Program-made: the position numbers and the translations under genes | Notes under the pieces: model-generated | Databases searched by the model: none | Told to the model about the DNA's origin: nothing | The model's input: only the letters and a program-made list of their open reading frames with translations | Shown here: in pieces, positions 1-8,224 of the stretch | Layout of the letters: each line of letters starts with the position of its first letter | How positions within the stretch are numbered: position 1 is the stretch's first letter | NCBI GenBank assembly: GCA_024275415.1 | Contig: JAJRZD010000034.1 | Location: 1 to 32,000, forward strand | Direction of reading: 5' to 3' | Length of the DNA: 32,000 nt | Origin: an archaeon | GTDB lineage: Archaea; Asgardarchaeota; Thorarchaeia; Thorarchaeales; Thorarchaeaceae

Positions 1-711
1 ATGTAGTCTTACATCAGGGCTATCGATGTCCATACCAACGAGCAGGTCATTGAAACTAGGAAGGACGATGATATTTGATGAGCCATCCTTCATCTCGGGC
101 ATACTCCGTGCTCGTCGAACGCAATCCCTGTCTACTGTTGTCATTATGACCACTGGGATGTTGAAAGTGAACAGTCTTCGCTCTGGCATTCCATTCTCTG
201 GTGATGGCACGTTCTTCACTCGTCTTAATGTTGGATGGTTGTGCCCGATGACAAGCATTTCGGTTCCCAGTATCTCTGAAGAAGGCCACGCGTGTCCATG
301 AGCGATCCCAACAGTGATCTCTTCAAATTCCAATACTTCCCCGTGGACATTTCCAATCCTCACACGATGAGGTAGCAAAGCAGCGATACCCCCATCGTGA
401 TTTCCTGGGACTAACGTTACATCAGCAAACCGACTCAAGTAGTCCATAAATCTGGGAAGTTCTTTCCAGTTGTATTCTCTATCAACTCCAATCGAGTGTT
501 TCAGGTCTCCTATGATATATATCTCCTCAGCACGATGGCGTTCGCAGAGGCCCTTCAGTCGCTTGCCAATTGGCTCCCCTTGTGAAGGAAATGATGAACC
601 TGTATGGTCATATAATTCCACTTCGTATCCCAAATGGATGTCTGCGACGAGGACTACAGACTGACTGCTATCTTTCAAGATGAGCGCTCTGTCCTCAAGT
701 ATGTATTCCAT
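1..711 (-). CDS. Calcineurin-like metallophosphoesterase (COG1407/PdeM-like), 3' end outside the window
   Basis: Absent from the ORF track; translated by hand from ATG 711: MEYILEDRALILKDSSQSVVLVADIHLG...IIGDLKH...LVPGNHDG...IAHGHAWP...VIGHNHP. All five phosphoesterase motifs (DxH, GD, GNHD, H, GHxH) are present and the frame is open to position 1. Confidence 0.9.
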   Translation of the reverse strand, partial: MEYILEDRALILKDSSQSVVLVADIHLGYEVELYDHTGSSFPSQGEPIGKRLKGLCERHRAEEIYIIGDLKHSIGVDREYNWKELPRFMDYLSRFADVTLVPGNHDGGIAALLPHRVRIGNVHGEVLEFEEITVGIAHGHAWPSSEILGTEMLVIGHNHPTLRRVKNVPSPENGMPERRLFTFNIPVVIMTTVDRDCVRRARSMPEMKDGSSNIIVLPSFNDLLVGMDIDSPDVRLH

Positions 712-801
712 TCCACACTAGATGAGCAATCCACAGGATTTTAACTTCACTGAATGTATATCATCTTGAACACAATTACTCTTCCTAGCCACGAGATCCA
801 G

Positions 802-1161
802 ATGCTGGAGAAGGAGGAACTCACGCAAAAGGATATCGAACATTTTACAGAGAGATATGGCAAGCGGTTTATCAGGGCACTAAGGGCTGTGGAGGAGGGC
901 AAGGTCTTCCGATACCATTTTCTTCCAAGCGACATAACCACATGGATTGTGAAGGGGAAGAGAAGGGAGTATCTGGTGATACCTGAGATATATTGTACCT
1001 GTCGCAGCTTCTATCAGGATGTCGTTATGTCCCGCGAGGCAAACATGTGCTATCATCTACTAGCACAGAGGATTGCCGCACTTCGTGTTCAGTATCACAC
1101 AATCGAGTCGACCGACACGGAACGCAGGAATCTCCATGTCGAATGGCGAAGGACTGACTAG
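802..1161 (+). CDS. SWIM zinc-finger protein
   Basis: YLV...YCTCRSF...MCYHLLA fits the CxC-xn-CxH SWIM signature. Start moved to ATG 802 (ORF track 754). Confidence 0.8.
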   Translation: MLEKEELTQKDIEHFTERYGKRFIRALRAVEEGKVFRYHFLPSDITTWIVKGKRREYLVIPEIYCTCRSFYQDVVMSREANMCYHLLAQRIAALRVQYHTIESTDTERRNLHVEWRRTD

Positions 1162-1196
1162 GTAGCAAGTAGTACTTCCTGCGAACTGTGGATAAC

Positions 1197-1203
1197 TTTA
1201 AAA
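1197..1203 (+). promoter_or_regulatory. Putative TATA box of the GIFT-domain gene
   Basis: TTTAAAA in the intergenic region about 55 nt upstream of ATG 1258. Confidence 0.4.
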
Positions 1204-1257
1204 CATCGCCGAGGCTGTGGCTCGCTGTCTAAGCAACCATCGTGAGTTGAGCCCATC

Positions 1258-2349
1258 ATGCGCATCAGTAGCTATTCGAAGATATTGGTCTTATCATTGA
1301 CCCTCCTGCTAGTCCTTTCTAGCGTTCCCAGGACAGTGAGCGCGCAGTCACCCGACCTTGATCCTCTCGTAGTCCTGTATGATGTAAGTCATGAGCCGCA
1401 GTTCGCACCTGATGATGAGGATGGGTTCAAACTAATGCTGGACATGGTGAACGAATCGACCAAATACATCGTCCGAGTGAATTCTGACCCATTGAATGAA
1501 ACCATTCTCCATGATGTTGATGTGCTAGTTATCGCTGATCCCGACAAGTCTGCACTTTTTGAGCAAGAAGAGGTTCTTGCTATCGGCGAGATGATGGCAA
1601 ATGGGAGCTCGCTTCTTTTGCTTGGCGACCCTGTAATAAGTCAGAACACTTCTGTGTATTGGAATGAACAGTTGTTCCGTGATATCGGCGAGAATCAAGC
1701 CCTCAATACACTCATGGATCAACTGAACATTACCGGTGTCCGATTCAGTTTGAATGATACTGGTGAGGACATCTGGGGTGATTCGATGTTCGACTATGAG
1801 AAATCGATAAACTCCACATCGATGCCGTTTGTCATCCAGCTTGACACGACCACATGGGACACCAGTCATCCTATCTTCAATGACATCAACTCGTTGTTGA
1901 CGATGTCTGCAACATTGAAGCCCACTGAGGCCGCATCTGTAATTGCTCATAGCTATGACACGACCTTTGCTCAATATCGAGCTGGTCCTAACGCTTTTGC
2001 CAATCTTACCTATCCCAATATGACCATTGCAGAGTTCGAAGAGCGACCATTATCCTATTCGGCAATAAATGGAACCTATCCCGGTTGGATTTCTGCATTC
2101 GAGTATGACGATGCCAGAATCATAATATCTGGTTCATCAATAATGTTCAGTGGCAAGACACTGCCAGAGGTAGATTCTGAGGAACAATGGTTCTATCAAG
2201 CTGACAACTCCCGACTGTTCATGAACATGCTGAACTGGTTGACAGAAGGCTTCATAGACAGCCCCAATGCCATAGTTCCGATGGCTATCATCTCCTCGGT
2301 AATCCTGATTGTCGGTGTAGCAGTATACGTGTTCAAGAAGATCAGATAG
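1258..2349 (+). CDS. Secreted, C-terminally membrane-anchored GIFT (GldG/IFT52/Wbp1-type, GATase-like fold) glycoprotein
   Basis: Signal peptide ending TVSA-Q. VLYDVSH...DVDVLVIADP...GSSLLLLGD...RIIISGSSIMFS...NSRLFMNMLNWL is a typical GIFT pattern. Ten N-x-S/T sequons, one C-terminal TM helix and a KKIR tail. Confidence 0.7.
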   Translation: MRISSYSKILVLSLTLLLVLSSVPRTVSAQSPDLDPLVVLYDVSHEPQFAPDDEDGFKLMLDMVNESTKYIVRVNSDPLNETILHDVDVLVIADPDKSALFEQEEVLAIGEMMANGSSLLLLGDPVISQNTSVYWNEQLFRDIGENQALNTLMDQLNITGVRFSLNDTGEDIWGDSMFDYEKSINSTSMPFVIQLDTTTWDTSHPIFNDINSLLTMSATLKPTEAASVIAHSYDTTFAQYRAGPNAFANLTYPNMTIAEFEERPLSYSAINGTYPGWISAFEYDDARIIISGSSIMFSGKTLPEVDSEEQWFYQADNSRLFMNMLNWLTEGFIDSPNAIVPMAIISSVILIVGVAVYVFKKIR

Positions 2350-2971
2350 CATACCATTCCGGCGGGGCAATACCCCTGCTATCTAACTCTTCTTCGATGG
2401 CTGCTCGTAGTTTCTCAGTCCCTTCTCTTCGGACAGCAGATGTAACAATAATGATTGGGGAAGACGCAGGAAACGACTCGATTAGTTTCTGTTCTAGAAA
2501 TGCCAACTCGCCCGATACTCTCCGTTTTTTCACTTTGTCAATCTTGTTTGCTACAACTATCACTGCTGGCGATATCTCTGAAAGGAAACTATAGAATTCC
2601 ACATCTATTGGGATCTCTCCTCGAGCATCCCACCTCTCAAAGAGTTCCCGAAACAGCGAGATATCAATAATTAAGATGGCAAGTGCAAGTTTGTCACTCC
2701 ATTTCTCTAAATCCCTAACAATCTTGTCCTTTGTCCGTTCTATCTCTTCCTTGCTTTGCCCCTTCATGTAGCCGAATCCCGGGAAATCAACGAATCTAAC
2801 TGATCCCATATCAATCTCGATGTTCCATCTGGTGCTACCAGGCTTCTTCCCAACTCGTACACGTTTACCAGTGAGCGCCCTTATTGTACTGCTCTTACCC
2901 ACATTGCTCCTTCCCGCAAACACCACGAGTGGAGTCGTCTTTTCAGGTCCAGAACGGTTTTGTGCGCTCAT
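2342..2971 (-). CDS. engB: EngB/YihA-family GTP-binding protein
   Basis: G1 GRSNVGKSS, G2 KPGSTR, G3 DFPGFG, G4 NKID, G5 TSA. Start set at ATG 2971. Confidence 0.9.
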   Translation of the reverse strand: MSAQNRSGPEKTTPLVVFAGRSNVGKSSTIRALTGKRVRVGKKPGSTRWNIEIDMGSVRFVDFPGFGYMKGQSKEEIERTKDKIVRDLEKWSDKLALAILIIDISLFRELFERWDARGEIPIDVEFYSFLSEISPAVIVVANKIDKVKKRRVSGELAFLEQKLIESFPASSPIIIVTSAVRREGTEKLRAAIEEELDSRGIAPPEWYAI

Positions 2972-5789
2972 ATTCCTTCTCCGCCTCTGCAATAGATTTT
3001 AGAAGTTTCAATCTATCCTCGATTTGTCCCGGCCGCAAGAGTCTTGATGCAGTCACAGGCCCGATGCCTCTTCCCGCAAGCACCATGAGTGCAAGTTTTC
3101 CATAGTGTGCGACCAGATTTGCAGTAAGATTCCCTCTCTTGAAAATCTTCTCCTCCTCGTTACTTAGAGTCTTACCTGTCCTTCTTTTTTTTACTATCTT
3201 TATGAATCCCTCTGTGGATGGGGGGAGAGCAGCAATCATTCTAGACCCGCAAACTGGACAACTGATTGTTTCTTCCAATGTGGAAATAGTTCTTGTGGAC
3301 ATCCAATCGGCACTGCCTATGCATACCAGTCTGAACCGCTTTGATAGTAATCGTTCCTCTATCATTCGAAGCACTTCGTTCTCCTCCGTAATCTCGCCCA
3401 TTACCTCAAAACGAGTCTTTTCCTCAACGATTAGTCGTCCGAGAGCTGATGGTGTTTCAACAAGCACGGTGTGCACCTCAATCTCTCCTTTTGCTACTGC
3501 ATCAAATATCGCAATAGCTCTGGACTCATCAAGTTTTTCAAGAAGTACTTCTCGGAGCGTTTCTTCGTAGACTGGCGACCCCTCGTATGCTTTAATCAAC
3601 CTACTCACAGGTATTTCGTTCATCTTCGCATCATGTCTAATAACATTCATCCGTTTTCCCACATGGACAAACCTTGTTGCGAAGGTCTGAGTATGTTTTA
3701 ATGCAAGCCGCAAAATCTCAGAAACCTGTTTCGCAGAATAATCATAGAATACATCTTTGATTTGAGTTGATGTGACTCTATCTGAAGAAGTGAACAGAAT
3801 TCGGTAGGGGTCTCTTTCAACACCAATGGTTTTCCCTAGTCGTGTGGTAAGAAGTGCTGCAATTACCAGTCCAATGGTTTCGTTCACGCGCGTTCCATAT
3901 GGCATGTGAATCACAGTTCCCTCCATGAATTCCTCGATCACCATACGTTTCGCAGATGGCAGTGCTCCCAGCTCTGCATATGCCCTTCTTACGACCTGAA
4001 TGAGGTGTTCTTGAGCTTGTGATGAGATATGATACTCCTTCTCCAGTTTTTGTTTGAGAAGAGGTTCCTTCATTATTGGAACCATGTTCAATACAGTCGC
4101 CACTTCCACTGCAACATTGAATGGCACAGGAATCATTTCACCAATCCATCTTGGTGCTTCAACCTCTGTTCCAGTCACGGGAGCACACAATACTTCGTCT
4201 GTGTCCTCGTCAACTGAAACAACCTGCCAGGGCTTCCCTCTGATAACAAAGACCGAACCCTGTGCGACATTCTGCATCACATAGTATTCATCCAGCACCC
4301 CTATGCTTGTCCGTGTCGTAATATCAACAGCCCGCACTTGGCGCACATCAGGGATAGTGCTGAGATTCTCATAGTAACTATTACGTGTCATCCTTCCTTT
4401 TTTGATGGTGTCTTCCGCAACCTGAACCATCTTCCTATTTTCCATGAAGGCAAGAAGGGACTGCAATTCTTCTATTGAAACATCCTTGAATGGATATGCC
4501 GCCTGAATGAACGAATGCAGCTCGGTTTGATTGATTTGTCCTTTGTCCAGTAATATTCCATTAATTTGCTGAATAAGGACATCCCACGATTTGCAAGGGA
4601 TCATCGCATCTTCGACCTTGTTCAATCTTGCTCGCCGCAATATCACACCAGATTCCGCGACATCATCCAAGTTCATCGTGGCAATAACTATTCCTTTGGG
4701 TGTCCGTCCAATGCCATGTCCAGCCCGACCAATCCTTTGTAGCGCACGTGAAACCTCTCTGGGAGACGAGTATTGAATGACAAGATCTGCCTGGCCAATA
4801 TCAATTCCAAGCTCTAGGCTTGAAGTTGCAATAATCGCTCTGGAATGTCCTCGCTTCAATCTATTCTCCGCATCAAGACGAACATCTTTTGCCAGAGATC
4901 CGTGGTGGACATCGAACTCAAAGGAAGGACGTACAGCACGCATTTTTGAACCGAGAACCTCTGCAAAGGATCTTGTGTTCGTGAACACTAGTGTGGATTT
5001 ATGCTCCTCGATTAGTTGAACAATCCTGTCAAGCCGTGCAGTTGAATGAATTGGATATGACAGGAAGTGTGCCTGTTCCTTGTGCTGTTCTAGTGGAATT
5101 GGCATCTCGACATGTATGTCCATCCTCCTTTTACCGTATCCTGCCCAAAGCGTCTTGACTGAGCGATTTCCTCCCACTAGCAACCTAGCAACTTCCTTTG
5201 GATTTCCCACTGTGGCTGAGAGTCCAATTCTCAGCATCCTTTCATCATTGACCAATCGCGAAAGCCGTTCAAGCCCTAACGACAACTGCACTCCCCTTTT
5301 GCTTTTTGCAAGCTCGTGAATCTCATCGACTACCACTGCAAACACAGTCTTCAGGTGCTCCCGCATTCGTCTTCCGGGAAGGATTGCCTGTAGTGATTCG
5401 GGAGTTGTAATCATAAAGTGAGGAGGTGTAAGGGCCTGTTTGCGGCGATGATATTGTGTTGTATCGCCGTGGCGAACGGATACCGTAATCCCAAGGTACT
5501 CGCATAATGTTTCAATTCTCTTAAACACATCCCTGTTGAGTGCCTTTAAAGGTGTGATATAAAGGATGTAGTTCCCATATAGGTCGTTTCTTATCTTATA
5601 GCGGTAAAGTCGATCCAATAAAGGCAGGATTGCCGCTTCTGTCTTACCACTCCCCGTAGGGGATAATAGAAGAGCGTTCTCAGTCCCTCTGATGAGCACA
5701 GGTATTGCTTTCTCTTGGATTGCAGTAGGTTTCGTGATCCCTTGCGATACCAAAAAAGATACGATTTTTTTGTGAAGCGACTTGAACAT
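2943..5789 (-). CDS. lhr: Lhr-family SF2 DExH helicase
   Basis: Q motif PTAIQEKAIP, SPTGSGKT, VVDEIHE, GLSAT, HHGSL, QRIGRAGH, Lhr-type WH/domain 4, C-terminal CPVCGS and KPFW end. Confidence 0.92.
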   Translation of the reverse strand: MFKSLHKKIVSFLVSQGITKPTAIQEKAIPVLIRGTENALLLSPTGSGKTEAAILPLLDRLYRYKIRNDLYGNYILYITPLKALNRDVFKRIETLCEYLGITVSVRHGDTTQYHRRKQALTPPHFMITTPESLQAILPGRRMREHLKTVFAVVVDEIHELAKSKRGVQLSLGLERLSRLVNDERMLRIGLSATVGNPKEVARLLVGGNRSVKTLWAGYGKRRMDIHVEMPIPLEQHKEQAHFLSYPIHSTARLDRIVQLIEEHKSTLVFTNTRSFAEVLGSKMRAVRPSFEFDVHHGSLAKDVRLDAENRLKRGHSRAIIATSSLELGIDIGQADLVIQYSSPREVSRALQRIGRAGHGIGRTPKGIVIATMNLDDVAESGVILRRARLNKVEDAMIPCKSWDVLIQQINGILLDKGQINQTELHSFIQAAYPFKDVSIEELQSLLAFMENRKMVQVAEDTIKKGRMTRNSYYENLSTIPDVRQVRAVDITTRTSIGVLDEYYVMQNVAQGSVFVIRGKPWQVVSVDEDTDEVLCAPVTGTEVEAPRWIGEMIPVPFNVAVEVATVLNMVPIMKEPLLKQKLEKEYHISSQAQEHLIQVVRRAYAELGALPSAKRMVIEEFMEGTVIHMPYGTRVNETIGLVIAALLTTRLGKTIGVERDPYRILFTSSDRVTSTQIKDVFYDYSAKQVSEILRLALKHTQTFATRFVHVGKRMNVIRHDAKMNEIPVSRLIKAYEGSPVYEETLREVLLEKLDESRAIAIFDAVAKGEIEVHTVLVETPSALGRLIVEEKTRFEVMGEITEENEVLRMIEERLLSKRFRLVCIGSADWMSTRTISTLEETISCPVCGSRMIAALPPSTEGFIKIVKKRRTGKTLSNEEEKIFKRGNLTANLVAHYGKLALMVLAGRGIGPVTASRLLRPGQIEDRLKLLKSIAEAEKEYERTKPFWT

Positions 5790-5791
5790 GC

Positions 5792-6040
5792 TTATCCCAT
5801 AGATCTTATGCGGGACTCGTGTTCGACTTCATTTATGAGTATGCGTATGTCTGTAACCATCGTTACATCTTCATTCTCCGCTCTTTCCCTCAAAATCCTG
5901 ATACATTCTTCTAGGTTTTTTCGCTCCGCTAGCATCTCATCCACCCATGACTTTACGGTTTTGAGATTCGTTATATGGCCTGCGACATTCTCAAAAGCAA
6001 TTAGAAGAATAGGACGAGTGACCATGGGAACCTCTCCCAC
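5792..6040 (-). CDS. Small helical hypothetical protein (start GTG 6040 or ATG 6025)
   Basis: Fills the gap exactly, and the stop lies 2 nt before the lhr ATG. GGGAGAGG SD precedes ATG 6025. No family recognised. Confidence 0.65.
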   Translation of the reverse strand: MGEVPMVTRPILLIAFENVAGHITNLKTVKSWVDEMLAERKNLEECIRILRERAENEDVTMVTDIRILINEVEHESRIRSMG

Positions 6041-6049
6041 TATTGGTGT

Positions 6050-6175
6050 TTACTCCTCCTCTGTTGGATCTGTTCCATATACAGTATAGGCTAGAATCAG
6101 CACTAGGGCAAATATACCCATCGCGTCAAGCACGACGAATATGACAGATTTGAGGAAATCCGGGTCAAACTGCAT
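6050..6175 (-). CDS. 41-aa single-pass membrane miniprotein, Ost4-like candidate
   Basis: Below the ORF-track cutoff; hand translation MQFDPDFLKSVIFVVLDAMGIFALVLILAYTVYGTDPTEEE. One TM helix, a TATA-like TTATAA about 30 nt upstream, and the stop lies 9 nt before the next gene. Confidence 0.65.
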   Translation of the reverse strand: MQFDPDFLKSVIFVVLDAMGIFALVLILAYTVYGTDPTEEE

Positions 6176-6205
6176 TGGAATCTTGCCTCTTCGGATGACC
6201 TATGC

Positions 6206-6211
6206 TTATAA
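6206..6211 (-). promoter_or_regulatory. Putative TATA box for the miniprotein-hypothetical-lhr-engB string
   Basis: TTATAA 31-36 nt upstream of ATG 6175, the spacing expected for a short-leader archaeal transcript. Confidence 0.4.
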
Positions 6212-6320
6212 TCATTGCTGAATGATGATTGCTGTACTATACTCGGCTCTTTGCTAAAGGTGACAATTGGATCGTTAACGACCTACTGATTGACGAATGA
6301 CATCATTGCCCATCAAACGA

Positions 6321-6569
6321 TCATTCTATAGATTTTGCCTGATAAAAACGATCGATGAAATCGCCATAGACATCTACTGGTTCTGTCAGTGAATTTACCG
6401 AATCTAATGCCATCTCCAACGAGCATGATCCACACTTGATAGTCGCTAGGCCATTGTCTTTGTATACTTCTATCTTGATGGAGGTGTTCCCGCAATTTGG
6501 ACAAGGATATACATCAGGTATCCGTCTTTGTGGCCGTCGTTGAACCTTTTGTCGTCGGCGTCTTCCCAT
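6321..6569 (-). CDS. elf1: Transcription elongation factor Elf1
   Basis: Basic MGRRRR N-terminus, YPCPNCG...CGSC zinc ribbon, EPVDVYGDFID motif. Confidence 0.93.
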   Translation of the reverse strand: MGRRRRQKVQRRPQRRIPDVYPCPNCGNTSIKIEVYKDNGLATIKCGSCSLEMALDSVNSLTEPVDVYGDFIDRFYQAKSIE

Positions 6570-6741
6570 TTCTCATCACCCATGTTTGCCTATCTCACAC
6601 AAGAGGAAACTAACGGCCTCCAGTAGAAATAGAGCAAGCCGTTCCTGAAATGTATTCATTTAAGCATTATGTTGAGTGATTTATTGGTTGTTTTGTGTTC
6701 TTTCGAAGCTTTATTATCTGACAATGTACGGCAGAGCAACT

Positions 6742-6975
6742 ATGCCCGACCTGTCACGCGATGCTCAATGTGTTTTAGCTATCCTCAAAGAGGAGGACAA
6801 TCTCACCACATCTGAAATACTTGAACGTGCGAGGAATCCTAAATTCGCAGATCTATGTACCGATTGTGCCGGCGGTGATGCGTTTGTAGTGGCAGCAAAC
6901 CAGTTGGTGGAGCAGAATCTAATCTCAAAGAGGTTTGGCAAGGGCGGGTACAGATGGCACCTTATAACGAGTTGA
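6742..6975 (+). CDS. Small winged-helix protein with a CxxC motif
   Basis: VLAILKEEDNLTTSEILERA...LCTDCAGG...LVEQNLISKRFGKGGYRWHL is a wHTH with a terminal wing. It ends 7 nt before sufS. Start set at ATG 6742. Confidence 0.7.
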   Translation: MPDLSRDAQCVLAILKEEDNLTTSEILERARNPKFADLCTDCAGGDAFVVAANQLVEQNLISKRFGKGGYRWHLITS

Positions 6976-6982
6976 ATCAACA

Positions 6983-8224
6983 ATGACCGAGTGGGAACAG
7001 ATTCGAGGAGATTTTCCAGTTCTGAAACGCCTTATCAATGGAAAACCATTGGTCTACCTAGATAGTGCATGCATGGCACTGAAACCTCGACAGGTTATCA
7101 CAGCCATGAACGAATATTACGAGCAATTTCCCGCCTGTGGTGGGAGAAGTATTCACAAGCTGGGTGAGGAGGCATCGAACGCTTATTCTGCTGCACGTGA
7201 GAAGTTCGCAAAGTTCATCAACGCATCTGAACCGGAGGAGATTATTTGGACTCGGAACGCAACAGAATCATTGAACATCGTTGGTCGTTGTCTACGTCTC
7301 CCAAAGAAATCTAAAATCATCACGACTTCACTTGAGCACCATAGTGGCTCGCTGCCATTTGTAGAACGGGCACGAAGAGATGGACATTCAATCGAGATAG
7401 TAAACGCACGATCTGATGGCACATTCGATATAGAAGATTGGAAAACCGCTATCGACTCGGATACAAGCCTGATTTCTGTTGTCCACTCATCCAATGTCAC
7501 TGGAACTGTTGCACCCTTAAAGGAGATTGTTGAATTGGCTCATGACAAGGGTGCACTGGTTATGTCTGATGACGCACAGTATGTCCCACACCATCCACTG
7601 GATGTGCAAGCTTTTGATGTTGATTTCTCTGCAATCTCAGTCCACAAGATGTGCGGCCCGACTGGCATGGGTGTGCTCTATGGAAAAGCAGAGCATCTTG
7701 AGGCCATGGACATGTTCATGCATGGTGGCGATACCGTCAGAGACGTGAAATACGTCGATGGACAAATCATTCCAGAATATCTGCCTCCTCCGGAGAAATA
7801 CGAAGCTGGACTTCAGAACTACGCCGGAGCCATAGGCGCTGGTGCTGCTGCTGATTATCTTCAGAGCATTGGTATGCACGAGATCGAGAAACATGAACGT
7901 TCGTTGCTTTCGATGGCGCTAAATGAGCTTACGAGTATGGAACATGTTCACATCATAGGAACCGACGACATCTCAATCAAGACAGGTCTTGTCACGTTCA
8001 ATGTTGATACGGTTGATTCGGCACATGACATCGCTACGTTCCTCAATGACGAGTTCAATGTGATGGTAAGATCTGGGGCACACTGTGTGCATCCATTCCA
8101 CTACCAACTAGGCATCCCTATAGCAACAGGGACTGCACGTGCGAGTTTCTATCTGTATAACAACAGGAACGATGTAGAAATCTTCCTCGAGGGCATGAGA
8201 TCCTTGATTGAAGCATCCTCCTAG
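6983..8224 (+). CDS. sufS: SufS-type (group II) cysteine desulfurase, PLP-dependent class V
   Basis: VYLDSA, TRNATESLN, SLEHHS, DDAQ, PLP lysine SVHKMCGPTG, catalytic RSGAHC, ARASFYLYN. Confidence 0.9.
   Translation: MTEWEQIRGDFPVLKRLINGKPLVYLDSACMALKPRQVITAMNEYYEQFPACGGRSIHKLGEEASNAYSAAREKFAKFINASEPEEIIWTRNATESLNIVGRCLRLPKKSKIITTSLEHHSGSLPFVERARRDGHSIEIVNARSDGTFDIEDWKTAIDSDTSLISVVHSSNVTGTVAPLKEIVELAHDKGALVMSDDAQYVPHHPLDVQAFDVDFSAISVHKMCGPTGMGVLYGKAEHLEAMDMFMHGGDTVRDVKYVDGQIIPEYLPPPEKYEAGLQNYAGAIGAGAAADYLQSIGMHEIEKHERSLLSMALNELTSMEHVHIIGTDDISIKTGLVTFNVDTVDSAHDIATFLNDEFNVMVRSGAHCVHPFHYQLGIPIATGTARASFYLYNNRNDVEIFLEGMRSLIEASS

Noticed and set aside
6243-6251. TCGGCTCTT matching a 23S peptidyl-transferase-loop sequence (possible guide on the minus strand)
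   Set aside because: A 9-nt match is expected by chance, and there is no D box at the required distance on that strand.
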